A DNA stretch of 64,000 nucleotides, taken from NCBI GenBank assembly GCA_022825505.1, contig JAJDWR010000006.1, positions 10,476-74,475 on the forward strand, read 5' to 3'. Under the pieces are notes generated by a model, which was not told the origin of the DNA, did not search any database, and saw only the letters and a program-made list of their open reading frames with translations. A program made the translations under genes and the position numbers. This DNA comes from Gammaproteobacteria bacterium. GTDB lineage: Bacteria > Pseudomonadota > Gammaproteobacteria > Steroidobacterales > Rariloculaceae. The stretch's first letter is position 1. Every line of letters starts with the position of its first letter. Positions 26,988 to 37,793 of this stretch are shown here, in pieces.

Positions 26988-27925
26988 CAGGCGTCGAATC
27001 CGAGACTCTTGAGCTCCCGCTCGCTGTCGGCCCAATGCTCGCGGACCTTGACCCACAGCTCGAGATGAACGCGCCCGCCAAGCAGCTTGACCAGGTCCTG
27101 GCGCGCAGACTGGCCGGCAGCCTTCAGTACCCGGCCGCCCTTGCCGATGACGATGGACTTGTGATTGGCGCGCTCGACCCAGATGATGGCGTGAACCAGC
27201 CACTGCTCATCGCTTTGCCCGAGGTATTCAACTTCCACGGTCAAACCGTAGGGAACCTCCTGGTGAAGCGCCGTGAGCAGTTTCTCCCGTATGAATTCGG
27301 CAATTCTGAACCGCTCTCCGCGATCCGTTACCGCGTCTGGAGGAAACAATGCGGGCCCGGGCGGCAAACGCTCGGAAATGACCTCGACCAAGCGATCCAG
27401 ATTTGTTCCTTTTGTCGCTGAAACAGGTATATAGGAATAAAACTTAAAGTTTTTAGAAAGGTTCTTCAGCAAGGGCAACAAGGCGCTGCGGGGGTGAACC
27501 TTGTCGATCTTGTTCAACACTAACACGGTGTTGTCGGCCCTGTCGGCCAGGCGCTCGGCGAGCCGCCGGTCTTCCGCCGTCAATTGGCGGGCATCAATCA
27601 TCATCAGAACGATGTCGGCGTCTGCTATGGCCTGGTGAATCGTCCTGGCCATCAATCGCCGTAACGCATGACCCCTGCGCCCTTGTGAAGCGCGCTGCAA
27701 GCCCGGTGTGTCCACAAAAATGGTTTGCCGCGACGGCCGGTTCAGAACGCCGAGAATACGGTGGCGCGTGGTATGCGGCTTGGCGCTGACGATACTGACG
27801 CGTTCGCCGATCAGGGCATTCAAGAGCGTCGACTTGCCGACGTTCGGGCGGCCCACGATGGCCGCGTAGCCGGTTCGAAAGTCGTCGTCCTGCACTACGC
27901 CATCCGGTTCTCCCATGTCATTCAC
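26987..27925 (-). CDS. era: GTPase Era
   Basis: GRPNVGKSTL, TTRHRI, DTPG, NKID, KH domain VIGKGG. Confidence 0.96.
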   Translation of the reverse strand: MNDMGEPDGVVQDDDFRTGYAAIVGRPNVGKSTLLNALIGERVSIVSAKPHTTRHRILGVLNRPSRQTIFVDTPGLQRASQGRRGHALRRLMARTIHQAIADADIVLMMIDARQLTAEDRRLAERLADRADNTVLVLNKIDKVHPRSALLPLLKNLSKNFKFYSYIPVSATKGTNLDRLVEVISERLPPGPALFPPDAVTDRGERFRIAEFIREKLLTALHQEVPYGLTVEVEYLGQSDEQWLVHAIIWVERANHKSIVIGKGGRVLKAAGQSARQDLVKLLGGRVHLELWVKVREHWADSERELKSLGFDA

Positions 27926-28658
27926 CGTTCAGCGCGGCCAGCATGCGCCTGGCCGCCTCCTGCTCCGCGCCACGGCGACTCGATCCCTGCCCGCTGACCT
28001 CGAGTTCCCGTTCGGCGACCCGGCACACTACGACGAAGCGCGGATCATGTGGCGAACGGGTCCTGGATTCAATGGCGTAGCGGGGCAGATCCAGACCGCG
28101 GCTCTGGAGCCACTCCTGGAGCCTGGACTTCGGGTCCTTGAGACTCGAAGCTTCCGGAAGCGCCTCGATCCGCCTTTCCAACAGTCGAAGTACACACCGT
28201 TGCGCGTCGTCGAGGCCGGCGTCCAGGTAGACCGCCCCCAGCAGCGCTTCCAGTGAGTTCGCCAGCATGTTGGTGCTGGCTCCGCCCCCCCTGGAACGCA
28301 ACTCCCCCGGCCCGACGATCAGGTGTTCCGCCACTCCCAGTTCCCGCGCGATCTCTCCCAGCGTTTCGCCATTGACCAACGCCGTGCGGAACCGGCTCAG
28401 GTCACCTTCCGGTGAATCGCCATGGCGGTCGTACAGACGAGCGGCGATTACAAAGTTCAGGACGGCATCGCCGAGGAATTCGAGTCGCTCGTTATGGTCC
28501 CTGGCCGCGCTTCGGTGGGTCAGCGCGCGTTGCAGCAATTCCCGGGACTCGAATCGATAACCCAGGTGCTCGCTGGCCCAATGCCATCGGGCTTCCGCAT
28601 TGCGAGTGGATTGGGGATTTTGCGTGGCTACCTGATGCCCATCCCTATGCGGCTCCAC
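27918..28658 (-). CDS. rnc: Ribonuclease III
   Basis: ALTHRS, NERLEFLGDAVL, dsRBD KDPKSRLQEWLQ; exact start uncertain. Confidence 0.96.
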   Translation of the reverse strand: MEPHRDGHQVATQNPQSTRNAEARWHWASEHLGYRFESRELLQRALTHRSAARDHNERLEFLGDAVLNFVIAARLYDRHGDSPEGDLSRFRTALVNGETLGEIARELGVAEHLIVGPGELRSRGGGASTNMLANSLEALLGAVYLDAGLDDAQRCVLRLLERRIEALPEASSLKDPKSRLQEWLQSRGLDLPRYAIESRTRSPHDPRFVVVCRVAERELEVSGQGSSRRGAEQEAARRMLAALNGE

Positions 28659-29407
28659 ATCGGTCCCCCGTCGCCCGGCCAGCGCCAGTTCATCCAGATG
28701 CGTTCGGCCTTGCCCACCAGCCGGTACTCCGGGATGAACCGGACTTCGTTGAATCGGCTGTCCTGGCTGTTGTCGCGATGGTCACCCATCACGAAATAAT
28801 GCCCTTCGGGTACCTGGTATGTGCCGCCGCGGCTGAGAATGCCCCGGGTATGGAGCAAGCCGTGCTCGCGGTCGCCGAGCTGCTCGCGCCCCAACTGCAG
28901 CGTACGGCTGCCTTCGTATGGCCCGACCAGCTCCAGTTCCACGGCCGCTCCGTTGATGGACAACTGCTTGCTGCCCGCATCGTAGGTGACCACGTCGCCC
29001 GGCAGGCCCACGACGCGCTTGATGTAGTTGATCCTGGGGTCCGAGGGGAGCCTGAATACCAGCACGTCGCCCCGCTCCGGCTCACCCACGTCAAGAATCT
29101 TCGTGTTCACCACCGGCAACCGCAACCCGTAGGCGAACTTGTTGACGAAGATGAAATCGCCCTCCAGCAGCGTCGGCATCATCGAAGCGGATGGAATCCG
29201 GAACGGCTCGAACAGGAAGGAACGCAATACCAGCACGATCAACAGGATGGGAAAGAACGAGCGAGCGTACTCGACAACGACCGGTTCGCCCGCAGGTCCA
29301 TCCTGCCCCGCCGAACGCACGCGGCGCGGTTTGAGGATCGCGGCATCGAAGGCCCATATCACCCCCGAAACCGCAGTCGCAATCACCAGAATGAGCGCAA
29401 AGTCCAA
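28628..29407 (-). CDS. lepB: Signal peptidase I
   Basis: EPFRIPSASMMPTL, YIKRVVGLPGD, MGDHRDNSQDSR; probable TTG start. Confidence 0.95.
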   Translation of the reverse strand: MDFALILVIATAVSGVIWAFDAAILKPRRVRSAGQDGPAGEPVVVEYARSFFPILLIVLVLRSFLFEPFRIPSASMMPTLLEGDFIFVNKFAYGLRLPVVNTKILDVGEPERGDVLVFRLPSDPRINYIKRVVGLPGDVVTYDAGSKQLSINGAAVELELVGPYEGSRTLQLGREQLGDREHGLLHTRGILSRGGTYQVPEGHYFVMGDHRDNSQDSRFNEVRFIPEYRLVGKAERIWMNWRWPGDGGPMWSRIGMGIR

Positions 29408-29566
29408 AACTGATCCTTCAAACAAGCCGGCGCAGGGCGAGTATTGGGCATTTTGTCGGGGGCTGCAATACGCGCGCCTGGCGCTTTCGGGCGGAAACCA
29501 GGGCCGACCCGGCCAGCAGCACTTGGCGGCAGTCCCCCGCCGCACCGAGACCGGCGGTGCGCGCTG

Positions 29567-29965
29567 TCATGGATCGTCGACCTCGACCACTTCCGGCCGG
29601 ACGCGCCAGCGGCCCTGCAGGCGACGGCCGGCCAGCAGGCCGAGCCCAAGACCGGCGGCCGCCCCCAGCAAGGCGCCAGAATCGCCCCCGACACTCAGGA
29701 CGCCTGCGACAGTGCCGAGCAGCAGGCCCACCCAGGGCAATCCGTGCACCAGCAGCGTGCCGTGGAAAACATGGCGATTCTGCAGCGAAACCGACACCAG
29801 GTCACCCGCTCGGTGACGGCCGGTATCGCGAATTCGAAGCGAGGATGGCGGCTTCCAGCCCCACATGCAGGTGCCCTCGCAACCGCTGCAACGAGGCAGG
29901 GGCAGGATCGCCAGGTCGATCCAGCGGCCACGCTCGACCCGCCGGACGCGGGCACGCGCCGTCAT
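29567..29965 (-). CDS. rseC: RseC/MucC-family protein
   Basis: CSGCEGTC, GDLVSVSL, two TM helices; follows rseB. Confidence 0.75.
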   Translation of the reverse strand: MTARARVRRVERGRWIDLAILPLPRCSGCEGTCMWGWKPPSSLRIRDTGRHRAGDLVSVSLQNRHVFHGTLLVHGLPWVGLLLGTVAGVLSVGGDSGALLGAAAGLGLGLLAGRRLQGRWRVRPEVVEVDDP

Positions 29966-30041
29966 GCACTCCGGTCCGGTAGAAGGCAGGGCATCCTGGC
30001 GCATGGGTTCCGGAGCCGTATCGCCGATAGAGCGGGGCGAA

Positions 30042-31001
30042 TCAGGGACTCGCGAAAGACGTTGCGATGGACTCCACCGTCACCGCCGGCACTTCGCCCA
30101 CGGCGGTGATCTGACGACCGCTGAATTCGAACGAAAAGGCGTTTGCGCTGCCGATCCGGGACAAGCCGCCGGCGACCTCGGTTTCGCTGTCCGGGCTCTC
30201 GACAAACACGGAAACCGTCGCAAGACCGTCCGAATACACCAGGTGTTCCACCGGATTCTCGGAACCGGCCATACGGGTCAGGGTTGCCACCGAAAGCTGG
30301 AACCCATCCGGCAACCGGGTGGCACGCCACAGTGGCGCCGCCTCCGCCACCGCATTGTCCGGTGGCGTGATCGTTTCGAACCCCCGGGCGTCGATGGTGG
30401 GCTCCAGGGCGGAAGGCGGAATCTCCCCGCCGATGTCGATCTGGGTGAACGCCATCTGTTCGACGGTGCGCCCCTGCCCGTCCCTGAGCTGGGACTTGAG
30501 CGGCATCGCCGTCTCGCTGTCGAGCCACAGCCGGTACCCGTAGCGGAACTCGTCCCTGGGATGGATGGCCACCACCTGTGCGTCCCTCTCGACCACACGC
30601 TCGGTGTGCAGCAATGCGATCTCGTAGGAGCGCGCCAGATCCTCCGAGTAGCTGGGCAACGACGAAACCAGCGGGCTGACGTCACGGCGGTTCTCGAACA
30701 GAACGATCTGCTGGTCCGGAAGGATGCAGTAGATCTCGTCCTCGTTGCGAATGATCTCCCTGCCGACGCCATCCATGGAGACGATGCGTTCGCTGATCCG
30801 GCCATTGTCGTTCCGGTGGATGATCTGCAGGGTCTCGACCTCGTCGCCCAACAGGTGCACGAACGTACCCCGGTAGCTCAACTCTTCGACCGCGCCCGTC
30901 ATGCGGTCGAGCCACTGCTGTGCGTCCTGGGCCGCCGCCTGGAGCGTGGCGCACCCCACGACCGTCCCGGCCAGAGAACGCAGTGACGACGACCGGTTCA
31001 C
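30042..31001 (-). CDS. rseB: Sigma-E regulatory protein RseB/MucB
   Basis: LSYRGTFV, PRDEFRYGY.LWLD, YSDGLATVSVFVE, VGEVP. Confidence 0.93.
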   Translation of the reverse strand: MNRSSSLRSLAGTVVGCATLQAAAQDAQQWLDRMTGAVEELSYRGTFVHLLGDEVETLQIIHRNDNGRISERIVSMDGVGREIIRNEDEIYCILPDQQIVLFENRRDVSPLVSSLPSYSEDLARSYEIALLHTERVVERDAQVVAIHPRDEFRYGYRLWLDSETAMPLKSQLRDGQGRTVEQMAFTQIDIGGEIPPSALEPTIDARGFETITPPDNAVAEAAPLWRATRLPDGFQLSVATLTRMAGSENPVEHLVYSDGLATVSVFVESPDSETEVAGGLSRIGSANAFSFEFSGRQITAVGEVPAVTVESIATSFASP

Positions 31002-31619
31002 TTACCTTTCCTGTACGGGCGGAGGAGCCAGCAACACCGTAGTGCCCTCGTTGCTGATGACATTGGTATGAATCGAGGTGCGCCGTATCCCAGGGGCGTA
31101 CTGCCCGTGCGTGATGAGGTAGTTCGTCAGACGAATCGGCGGCGGCGAGAGGGAATCGCCAAGGGTCAGGGGACCGGCCGCTTCGCTGGGCACGACGTAA
31201 CTGGGCGGGTTGTCCTGCCCGGCGACGCCCGTCGGTACGCCCGCAACCTGCGCCTCGGGACCCGCCGGGTCTATCGGGCTGTTGATGACATAGAGTATCG
31301 CCAGTGCAGCCACGGCAACGCTTGCCGCGATCCCGAGCCCGACGGCAGGACGGAAGTACCGTCGCTGAACTGCCGTGGCGTCCCGGGAAGGCTCCAACGG
31401 CCGAACGCCGTCCAGTTCTTCCCGCACCCGTCGGCGAAGGACATCGGGATCGGAGTTCGGCAGTTCGCCCCTGAGCGCGGCTCCGATGATCGAATAGCGC
31501 AGGACCCTGTCGCGGGTTTCGGGATCGCGTTCCAGGCGGCGTACGAGAAACGCACATTCCTCCGGCGACAGTTCGTCGTCGGTAAACGCCGAAATCTGGT
31601 CCTGAATCTGTTCGCTCAT
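31002..31619 (-). CDS. rseA: Anti-sigma-E factor RseA/MucA
   Basis: QISAFTDDEL, RYSIIGAALRGE, IAASVA TM segment, YLITH. Confidence 0.9.
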   Translation of the reverse strand: MSEQIQDQISAFTDDELSPEECAFLVRRLERDPETRDRVLRYSIIGAALRGELPNSDPDVLRRRVREELDGVRPLEPSRDATAVQRRYFRPAVGLGIAASVAVAALAILYVINSPIDPAGPEAQVAGVPTGVAGQDNPPSYVVPSEAAGPLTLGDSLSPPPIRLTNYLITHGQYAPGIRRTSIHTNVISNEGTTVLLAPPPVQER

Positions 31620-31649
31620 GTCGTCCCCGGACATCCGTGTTTTATCCTA

Positions 31650-32222
31650 CTACAGCAGCGGACCGACGCGCTTGTCGATCGATTCCCTGGCTCTGAAAAT
31701 ACGCGAGCGCACGGTACCCACCGGACACTCCATGGTCTGGGCGATCTCCTCATAGGTCATACCCTCGATTTCGCGCAGAATGATGGCGGTTCGCAGATCC
31801 TCCGGCAAGTCCGCGATCGCCCGGTTGACGGTCTGCCGGATTTCCTCCGAAAGGGTCAATCCCTCGGGCGTATCGAGGTCCTTCAGCTTCGCAAAATTCT
31901 CGAACTGCTCCGCATTCTCGGGATTCAGGTCATACTGCAGCGGCCTGCGGCCCGCGGCCACGAGATGATTCTTGGCCGTGTTGATCGTGATGCGGTAGAG
32001 CCAGGTGTAGAAGGCGCTGTCTCCGCGGAAGTTCGGCGCCGCGCGGTAGGCCTTGATGAAGGCCTCCTGCGCCACGTCCATCGCGTCTGCCGGGTCTCTG
32101 ACGTACCTCATGATCAGCTTGAGTATCCTGGCCTGATACTTGATCACCAACACGTCAAAAGCCGAACGATCGCCTTGCTGGACCCTCTTTATGAGTGCCA
32201 GATCAGCGGCGCGCTCGCTCAC
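31650..32222 (-). CDS. rpoE: RNA polymerase sigma factor RpoE
   Basis: DVAQEAFIKAYRA, FYTWLYRI, CPVGTVRSRIFRARE; GTG start chosen because the ATG at 32261 lies within the -10 box. Confidence 0.96.
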   Translation of the reverse strand: MSERAADLALIKRVQQGDRSAFDVLVIKYQARILKLIMRYVRDPADAMDVAQEAFIKAYRAAPNFRGDSAFYTWLYRITINTAKNHLVAAGRRPLQYDLNPENAEQFENFAKLKDLDTPEGLTLSEEIRQTVNRAIADLPEDLRTAIILREIEGMTYEEIAQTMECPVGTVRSRIFRARESIDKRVGPLL

Positions 32223-32259
32223 CGGGCGATCCGTTACCGATGCGTGTCGTTGATTCTTC

Positions 32260-32286
32260 ATAGACTACACGGGACGGTGAAAGTTC
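32260..32286 (-). promoter_or_regulatory. Sigma-E-dependent autoregulatory promoter of rpoE
   Basis: Minus strand GAACTT-16 nt-TCTAT, matching the RpoE/AlgU consensus. Confidence 0.8.
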
Positions 32287-32322
32287 GATCTCGTGCGACC
32301 TTCGCTGCCGGCCCGGCGCAAT

Positions 32323-32778
32323 TCAGCGCATTCTAACCCGTATACGGGAACCACCGCATACCGCGGCGCGCACTTCTTCTTCCAGCAAGCGCCAGCTTCG
32401 CGCCGGCAACTGGTCGCGGTACAGGACCCATTCCAGCGTTCCCCGGGAATCCTCGAGGACAAGCCGGAGCCACCAGCCTCCGCAACGGCTCCGGGCAGTG
32501 AGAACGAGATCGTGGCGGTCCAGGCTCGGCACCGACCAACGTCCGGATGGAACCCTTTCAAGGCCGGGTACGCGAGGCACGCGCCGCCACCGGGCATGCG
32601 CGAGCAGCCCGGCCACGAGCAGGCACTTCCACCACACTTGGAGCGATGAAACAACGATGGCCAGCGTCGCCAGGCCATGGAGGAACCACCACCACGAACG
32701 CAGCAGCCGCGAGGGCTGCGGCCTAACGTGCGCGTATTCGCTCGAGGAGTCGGGCCATTGCGGGGTCGGCTGCTTCAT
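32323..32778 (-). CDS. YgfX-like membrane protein
   Basis: PSRLL + 2 TM helices, C-terminal RDQL...WRLL; downstream of sdhE; start uncertain. Confidence 0.6.
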   Translation of the reverse strand: MKQPTPQWPDSSSEYAHVRPQPSRLLRSWWWFLHGLATLAIVVSSLQVWWKCLLVAGLLAHARWRRVPRVPGLERVPSGRWSVPSLDRHDLVLTARSRCGGWWLRLVLEDSRGTLEWVLYRDQLPARSWRLLEEEVRAAVCGGSRIRVRMR

Positions 32779-33061
32779 GCCACCCCATAAGGTAGTCATG
32801 AAGGTCGGGGTCCGGAAGCTCCAAAAGTTGGCTGAATCGCCTCTTATCCGCATCTGACAGGCTTTGGAAGCGCCGGTCGAAGAATCCGACCAGCAGCGTG
32901 TCGAGTTCACGAGTACCGCGGCGGCATCGCCACCGCAGGCGTGCGTGTTCGCTGCGCTCGCCGTTTTCTGCTGAAGATGGCTCCGGCGCCCCCGACGCCG
33001 GCCGCGTGTGGGTGGGGTCGGCGGCCACGGCGGCTGGCAGCCTAGTGGCGCCGCTCGGCAA
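32723..33061 (-). CDS. sdhE: FAD assembly factor SdhE
   Basis: [23 protein letters not shown]; start uncertain. Confidence 0.88.
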   Translation of the reverse strand: MPSGATRLPAAVAADPTHTRPASGAPEPSSAENGERSEHARLRWRCRRGTRELDTLLVGFFDRRFQSLSDADKRRFSQLLELPDPDLHDYLMGWHEAADPAMARLLERIRAR

Positions 33062-33824
33062 TCAGTTTCTTGATCTGGGCGATCGCCTTGCCGGGGTTGA
33101 GATCCTTCGGGCAGGCCTCGGTGCAATTGAGGATGGTGTGGCAGCGGTACAGCCTGAATGGATCCTCCAGCGCGTCCAGGCGCTCGCCGGTGTGTTCGTC
33201 GCGGCTGTCCACGATCCAGCGCCAGGCCTGCAGCAGTGCCGCCGGGCCCAGGTACCGGTCGGGATTCCACCAATAGCTGGGGCACGCCGTGGAACAACAG
33301 GCGCACAGGATGCACGCGGACGGGAGGTCTATCTTTTCCTGATCCTCCCTGGACTGGAGCCGTTCCCGGTCCGGCGGCGGCGGCGTCCGGGCCTCCAGCC
33401 ACGGCTGGATGGAGGCGTACTGGGCGTAGAAGTTGGTCAGATCCGTCACCAGGTCCTTGACCACCGGCATGTGAGGCAGCGGATAGATCTTCAGCGTGCC
33501 CCGAAAATCGTCCACCGCCTTCGTGCAGGCCAGCGTATTGGTGCCGCCGATATTCATCGAGCAGGACCCGCAGATGCCCTCCCGGCAGGAACGGCGGAAC
33601 GTGAGGGTCGGGTCGATCTCGTCCTTGATCTTGATCAGTGCGTCCAGAACCATGGGGCCGCAGGCATCCATGTCGATTTCGTAGGTATCCAGCCTCGGCG
33701 GCCCGCTGCCATCGGGATCGTAGCGGTAGACCTTGAATGTGCGGGGGTTGCCCGCGCCCGTGGCGGCCGGATGGGTCTTGCCGGGCCTGACCCGGGAATT
33801 AACTGGTAGCCTGAACTGTGCCAT
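33042..33824 (-). CDS. sdhB: Succinate dehydrogenase iron-sulfur subunit
   Basis: [34 protein letters not shown]. Confidence 0.97.
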   Translation of the reverse strand: MAQFRLPVNSRVRPGKTHPAATGAGNPRTFKVYRYDPDGSGPPRLDTYEIDMDACGPMVLDALIKIKDEIDPTLTFRRSCREGICGSCSMNIGGTNTLACTKAVDDFRGTLKIYPLPHMPVVKDLVTDLTNFYAQYASIQPWLEARTPPPPDRERLQSREDQEKIDLPSACILCACCSTACPSYWWNPDRYLGPAALLQAWRWIVDSRDEHTGERLDALEDPFRLYRCHTILNCTEACPKDLNPGKAIAQIKKLIAERRH

Positions 33825-33853
33825 TGCGGGCTAACCCCTCGTTCTGGAAGTGT

Positions 33854-35641
33854 TCAATAGGTCCTGGCCTTGAGCGCTATGGTTTCGACGTCGTCCGTCA
33901 GCGTCTCCAACTGTACCGGGCGCTCGCCGAAGCGTACATCAGCATTCTCATCGACCCAGACCAGTGTGTGCTTCAACCAGTTCTCGTCGTCCCGGTCCGG
34001 ATAGTCCTCACGGGCCTGAGCGCCCCGGCTTTCGGTCCTGTACGCCGCCGACTCGATGGTGGCCACTGCCTGAAGCAGCAGGTTCTCCAGTTCCATCGTT
34101 TCGATGAGGTCCGTATTCCAGACCAGGGAGCGGTCGGCCACGGAAACGTCCTGGAACGAGTCGAAGACGGGTTTCAGCTTCTCGATGCCTTCCTGCAGCG
34201 TTTCGCCGGTGCGGAACACGGCGGCATGTTCCTGCATCACGCGTTGCATCCGCCGCCGGATCTGCGCCGTGGGATGCTCACCGTCGGCATGCCGCAGCCG
34301 GTCGATCTTCTCCACGGATTCCTCGCCCGCATCCTTGCGCAGGGGCGCGACGCGATCGTCCGGGTCGATCAGTTCGCCGCATCGTTCCGCGGCGGCGCGG
34401 CCGAAGACGACCAGGTCGATCAGCGAGTTGGATCCCAGCCGGTTGGCGCCGTGAACGGAGACGCAGGCCGCCTCTCCCACCGACATGAGTCCCGGAACCA
34501 CCACCTCGTCACCCGCCTCGTCGGTGGTCAGGGCCTCGCCGCGGAAATTGGTGGGAATGCCGCCCATGTTGTAGTGCACGGTGGGTTGTACGGGTATCGG
34601 TTCCTTCGTCACGTCCACGTTGGCGAAGATCCGGGCCGTTTCCGCGATGCCCGGCAGACGCTCGGCGATGACGTCGGGGTCCAGGTGGTCCAGGTGCAGG
34701 TGCACGTAGTCCTTGTCAGGGCCGATACCGCGCCCTTCGCGCACTTCGATGGTGATCGACCGGCTGACCACGTCCCGTGACGCCAGGTCCTTTGCGTTCG
34801 GGGCGTAGCGCTCCATGAACCGTTCCCCTTCGGAGTTCAGCAGGAAACCGCCCTCGCCGCGAACCCCTTCGGAAATCAGCATGCCCGCCCCATAGACGCC
34901 GGTGGGATGAAACTGCACGAACTCCATGTCCTGCAGGGGCAATCCCGCCCGCAGGACCATGGCGTTGCCGTCGCCGGTGCAGATGTGCGCCGACGTACAG
35001 GAGAAATAGGCGCGACCGTAACCGCCGGTGGCGAGGATGACCATGCGGCAGTTGAACCGGTGCAGGCGGCCCTCGGCCAGGTCGATGGCCACGACGCCGC
35101 GGCAGACCCCATCCTCCATGATCAGGTCCACGGCAAAGAACTCGATGAAGAACTCGGCGTCGTGCTTCAGGGACTGCTGATACAGGGCGTGCAGCATGGC
35201 ATGCCCGGTCCGGTCGGCCGCCGCGCAGGTGCGCTGGGCAATGCCTTCGCCGTAGTGGGTCGTCATTCCCCCGAACGCGCGCTGGTAAATTCGCCCGTCG
35301 TCGGTTCGGGAAAAGGGTACGCCGTAGTGTTCCAGCTCGATGACCGACGCGGATGCCTCCCTGCACATGTACTCGATGGCATCCTGGTCGCCCAGCCAGT
35401 CCGATCCCTTGACCGTGTCGTACATGTGCCAGCGCCAGTCGTCCGGCCCCATGTTGCCCAATGCCGCGCTGATACCGCCCTGGGCCGCCACGGTATGGCT
35501 GCGGGTCGGGAAGACCTTGGTGATGCACGCGGTGGAAAGGCCCTGTTCGGCCAGCCCCATGGTGGCGCGCAGCCCGGCGCCGCCCGCGCCGACCACGACC
35601 ACGTCGCAACTGTGGTCGATGAATTCGTATTCGCGCGTCAC
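33854..35641 (-). CDS. sdhA: Succinate dehydrogenase flavoprotein subunit
   Basis: [36 protein letters not shown]; GTG start overlapping the sdhD stop. Confidence 0.97.
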   Translation of the reverse strand: MTREYEFIDHSCDVVVVGAGGAGLRATMGLAEQGLSTACITKVFPTRSHTVAAQGGISAALGNMGPDDWRWHMYDTVKGSDWLGDQDAIEYMCREASASVIELEHYGVPFSRTDDGRIYQRAFGGMTTHYGEGIAQRTCAAADRTGHAMLHALYQQSLKHDAEFFIEFFAVDLIMEDGVCRGVVAIDLAEGRLHRFNCRMVILATGGYGRAYFSCTSAHICTGDGNAMVLRAGLPLQDMEFVQFHPTGVYGAGMLISEGVRGEGGFLLNSEGERFMERYAPNAKDLASRDVVSRSITIEVREGRGIGPDKDYVHLHLDHLDPDVIAERLPGIAETARIFANVDVTKEPIPVQPTVHYNMGGIPTNFRGEALTTDEAGDEVVVPGLMSVGEAACVSVHGANRLGSNSLIDLVVFGRAAAERCGELIDPDDRVAPLRKDAGEESVEKIDRLRHADGEHPTAQIRRRMQRVMQEHAAVFRTGETLQEGIEKLKPVFDSFQDVSVADRSLVWNTDLIETMELENLLLQAVATIESAAYRTESRGAQAREDYPDRDDENWLKHTLVWVDENADVRFGERPVQLETLTDDVETIALKARTY

Positions 35642-36024
35642 GCAGCCGCTCCGAACGCCACCTTGAGGACGGCGAAGATGCCGGCGACCGCCACGGCAAT
35701 ATGTGCGAAGAACGCAGCCACAAGGGAGAATATCTTGATGGCGGGGGTATGCACGTAGTCTTCGATGACCATCTGAACGCCCAGGTGCGAGTGATAACTC
35801 AAGGAGAACAAGGCCAGGATCAGCATCACGCTGTTGAACGGCGCCTGGATGAGGGCGACCACGGCCGCGTAGTTCAGCTCGTCCGGTCCGGCCAGCGCCA
35901 CGGCGAACCAAAGCCCCAGCGGTATCAGCGCGACTGCCGTCAGGCGCTGCGCCCACCAGTGTTCCACGCCGGTCTTCGCGGATCCCAACCCAAGAACCCG
36001 ATTGAGCGGGCTGACCAGTCTCAT
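35638..36024 (-). CDS. sdhD: Succinate dehydrogenase hydrophobic anchor subunit
   Basis: [29 protein letters not shown]. Confidence 0.93.
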   Translation of the reverse strand: MRLVSPLNRVLGLGSAKTGVEHWWAQRLTAVALIPLGLWFAVALAGPDELNYAAVVALIQAPFNSVMLILALFSLSYHSHLGVQMVIEDYVHTPAIKIFSLVAAFFAHIAVAVAGIFAVLKVAFGAAA

Positions 36025-36037
36025 CCGCGCGGCCCCT

Positions 36038-36418
36038 CTAGAAAATCACCCACAGCGAATACGCCGCCGTGACGATGACCGTGAACAGGATGACCGCCCA
36101 CCCGCTGACTCGGTACTGTGCCGGCTCAAGCCCGATGAGCATGTCCCAGAGCAGGTGCCGGATACCGTTGGCCAGGTGATAGAAGAAACAGAAACACCAG
36201 CCCGTGTAGAAGATCTTCGCCCAGACGCTGCCGAGCAGCGTGGATGCCTCGGCGTATGCGGCCTCACCGCTCGCCGCGGCCATCAACCAGTACGCCAGTA
36301 ACAGCAGTCCTGCGGAGAGCACGAGACCGGTCCCGCGGTGCAGGACCGACAGCCCGCTGGTAATCTCCAGTCGATGGACCTGCAAGTGCGGCGACAACGG
36401 CCGTTCGACCCTGTCCAT
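36038..36418 (-). CDS. sdhC: Succinate dehydrogenase cytochrome b556 subunit
   Basis: RPLSPHLQ, SVLHRGTG, YHLANGIRHLLWD. Confidence 0.95.
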   Translation of the reverse strand: MDRVERPLSPHLQVHRLEITSGLSVLHRGTGLVLSAGLLLLAYWLMAAASGEAAYAEASTLLGSVWAKIFYTGWCFCFFYHLANGIRHLLWDMLIGLEPAQYRVSGWAVILFTVIVTAAYSLWVIF

Positions 36419-36659
36419 GGTTTGGCTATCCGTGCTAATCGTCAGGTTGGCGAGCGCGAAACGTTGCAATTGATACGGTTTCCGCGCGGTGCGTAGTCTG
36501 CCAGAAATGTGACTGGGCTGCATGCGTTATCGATGTTCGAGACGGACCCGCCGAGCCTGTCCGTAGACGGTTGCACCTGCCGAAGCACAGGCCTCCGGCG
36601 CGCACCATTCAGCGTCAAACTCCTTGACCTTCTCGAATTAGCTGCTAAAACGGCACATC

Positions 36660-37592
36660 ATGACGATGCAGACGACAACCGCCGCGCGAGAACACGTCGA
36701 ACCGGTCCTCTGCCCACTCCCCGACATGGGCGTGATCGAGGTCACCGGCGCCGATGCGGAGGCGTTTCTGAACGCCCAACTCAGCCGAAACGTGCATTCG
36801 CGCCAGCCACCGCGGGCGACGCTGGCCGCCTGGCTCGATGCCAGGGGCCGCGTTCTGGCCTTGTTCCGGGTGTTGCGCGCCGGGGGCGGTTGGCTGCTCC
36901 TCACCCGGGGCGCAGATATTGAAGCGCTGATCCGCCGCCTGAGCCTGTTCGTGCTGCGTGCAGACGTTCGGCTGCGCAACCTGTCGTCCCGATGGCTCGC
37001 CGCCGCCGCGGTCGGCCAAATCGAACCATGGCTTGAGACCCGATCGGTCGCGCTGGGCGGCCAAGGGGGGGACTCTGCGACCGCGAACGGGGCTTTGCTC
37101 ATTCGCATCGGCCCGCGGCTGGTCCACCTGTTGTCGGATGCTGCAGCGCCAACGGAATTGGCGCATGACATTCCGGCAGGCGCCGAACAGTCTGCAGCAT
37201 TGGAGGAATTTCGCCTGGGACTGGTCAATCTGACGCCCCGACTCAGCGGCCGCTACACCGCGCACATGCTCAATCTCGATCGCCTTGGGGCCGTGGCTTT
37301 CGACAAGGGGTGTTATCCCGGCCAGGAAGTCGTCGCACGAACGCAGAATCTGGGTACCGTCAAGCGCCGGGTGTTTCGATTCAGCGCACAATCCAGGCAG
37401 GAACCTGCCGTCGGCACCGCGCTGACCGACTCCAGCGGAAGTCCGGTGGGCGAGGTGGTTCGGGCGGTGAACGTCGACGAATCGCGCGTCGAAATGCTGG
37501 CTGTTGTCCGGATCGAATCGGCATCCGGAGCTCTCACCTGCGCGCCCGAACGCGGATTGACACTGACCCGGGAGCCGCTTCCAGGGGAATGA
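36660..37592 (+). CDS. ygfZ: Folate-binding protein YgfZ
   Basis: GADAEAFLNAQLS, KGCYPGQEVVAR. Confidence 0.92.
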   Translation: MTMQTTTAAREHVEPVLCPLPDMGVIEVTGADAEAFLNAQLSRNVHSRQPPRATLAAWLDARGRVLALFRVLRAGGGWLLLTRGADIEALIRRLSLFVLRADVRLRNLSSRWLAAAAVGQIEPWLETRSVALGGQGGDSATANGALLIRIGPRLVHLLSDAAAPTELAHDIPAGAEQSAALEEFRLGLVNLTPRLSGRYTAHMLNLDRLGAVAFDKGCYPGQEVVARTQNLGTVKRRVFRFSAQSRQEPAVGTALTDSSGSPVGEVVRAVNVDESRVEMLAVVRIESASGALTCAPERGLTLTREPLPGE

Positions 37593-37793
37593 CGTCCCTT
37601 GTCGGCGGACTGGATCGGGATCGGTGGACGAAACCCGGATCGGTGCAGTGGACCAGGACCGGAGCGCGGCCCTGGATCGGTGGGCGGCCCTGAATCGGAC
37701 CTTTTCCCGGTCATTGGCCCGGTGCCTGTAACAACCTTTGGATTGCGGGCCGCATCCGGCTATGATCTCCAGGATCATCAGACGGAGGCGACA

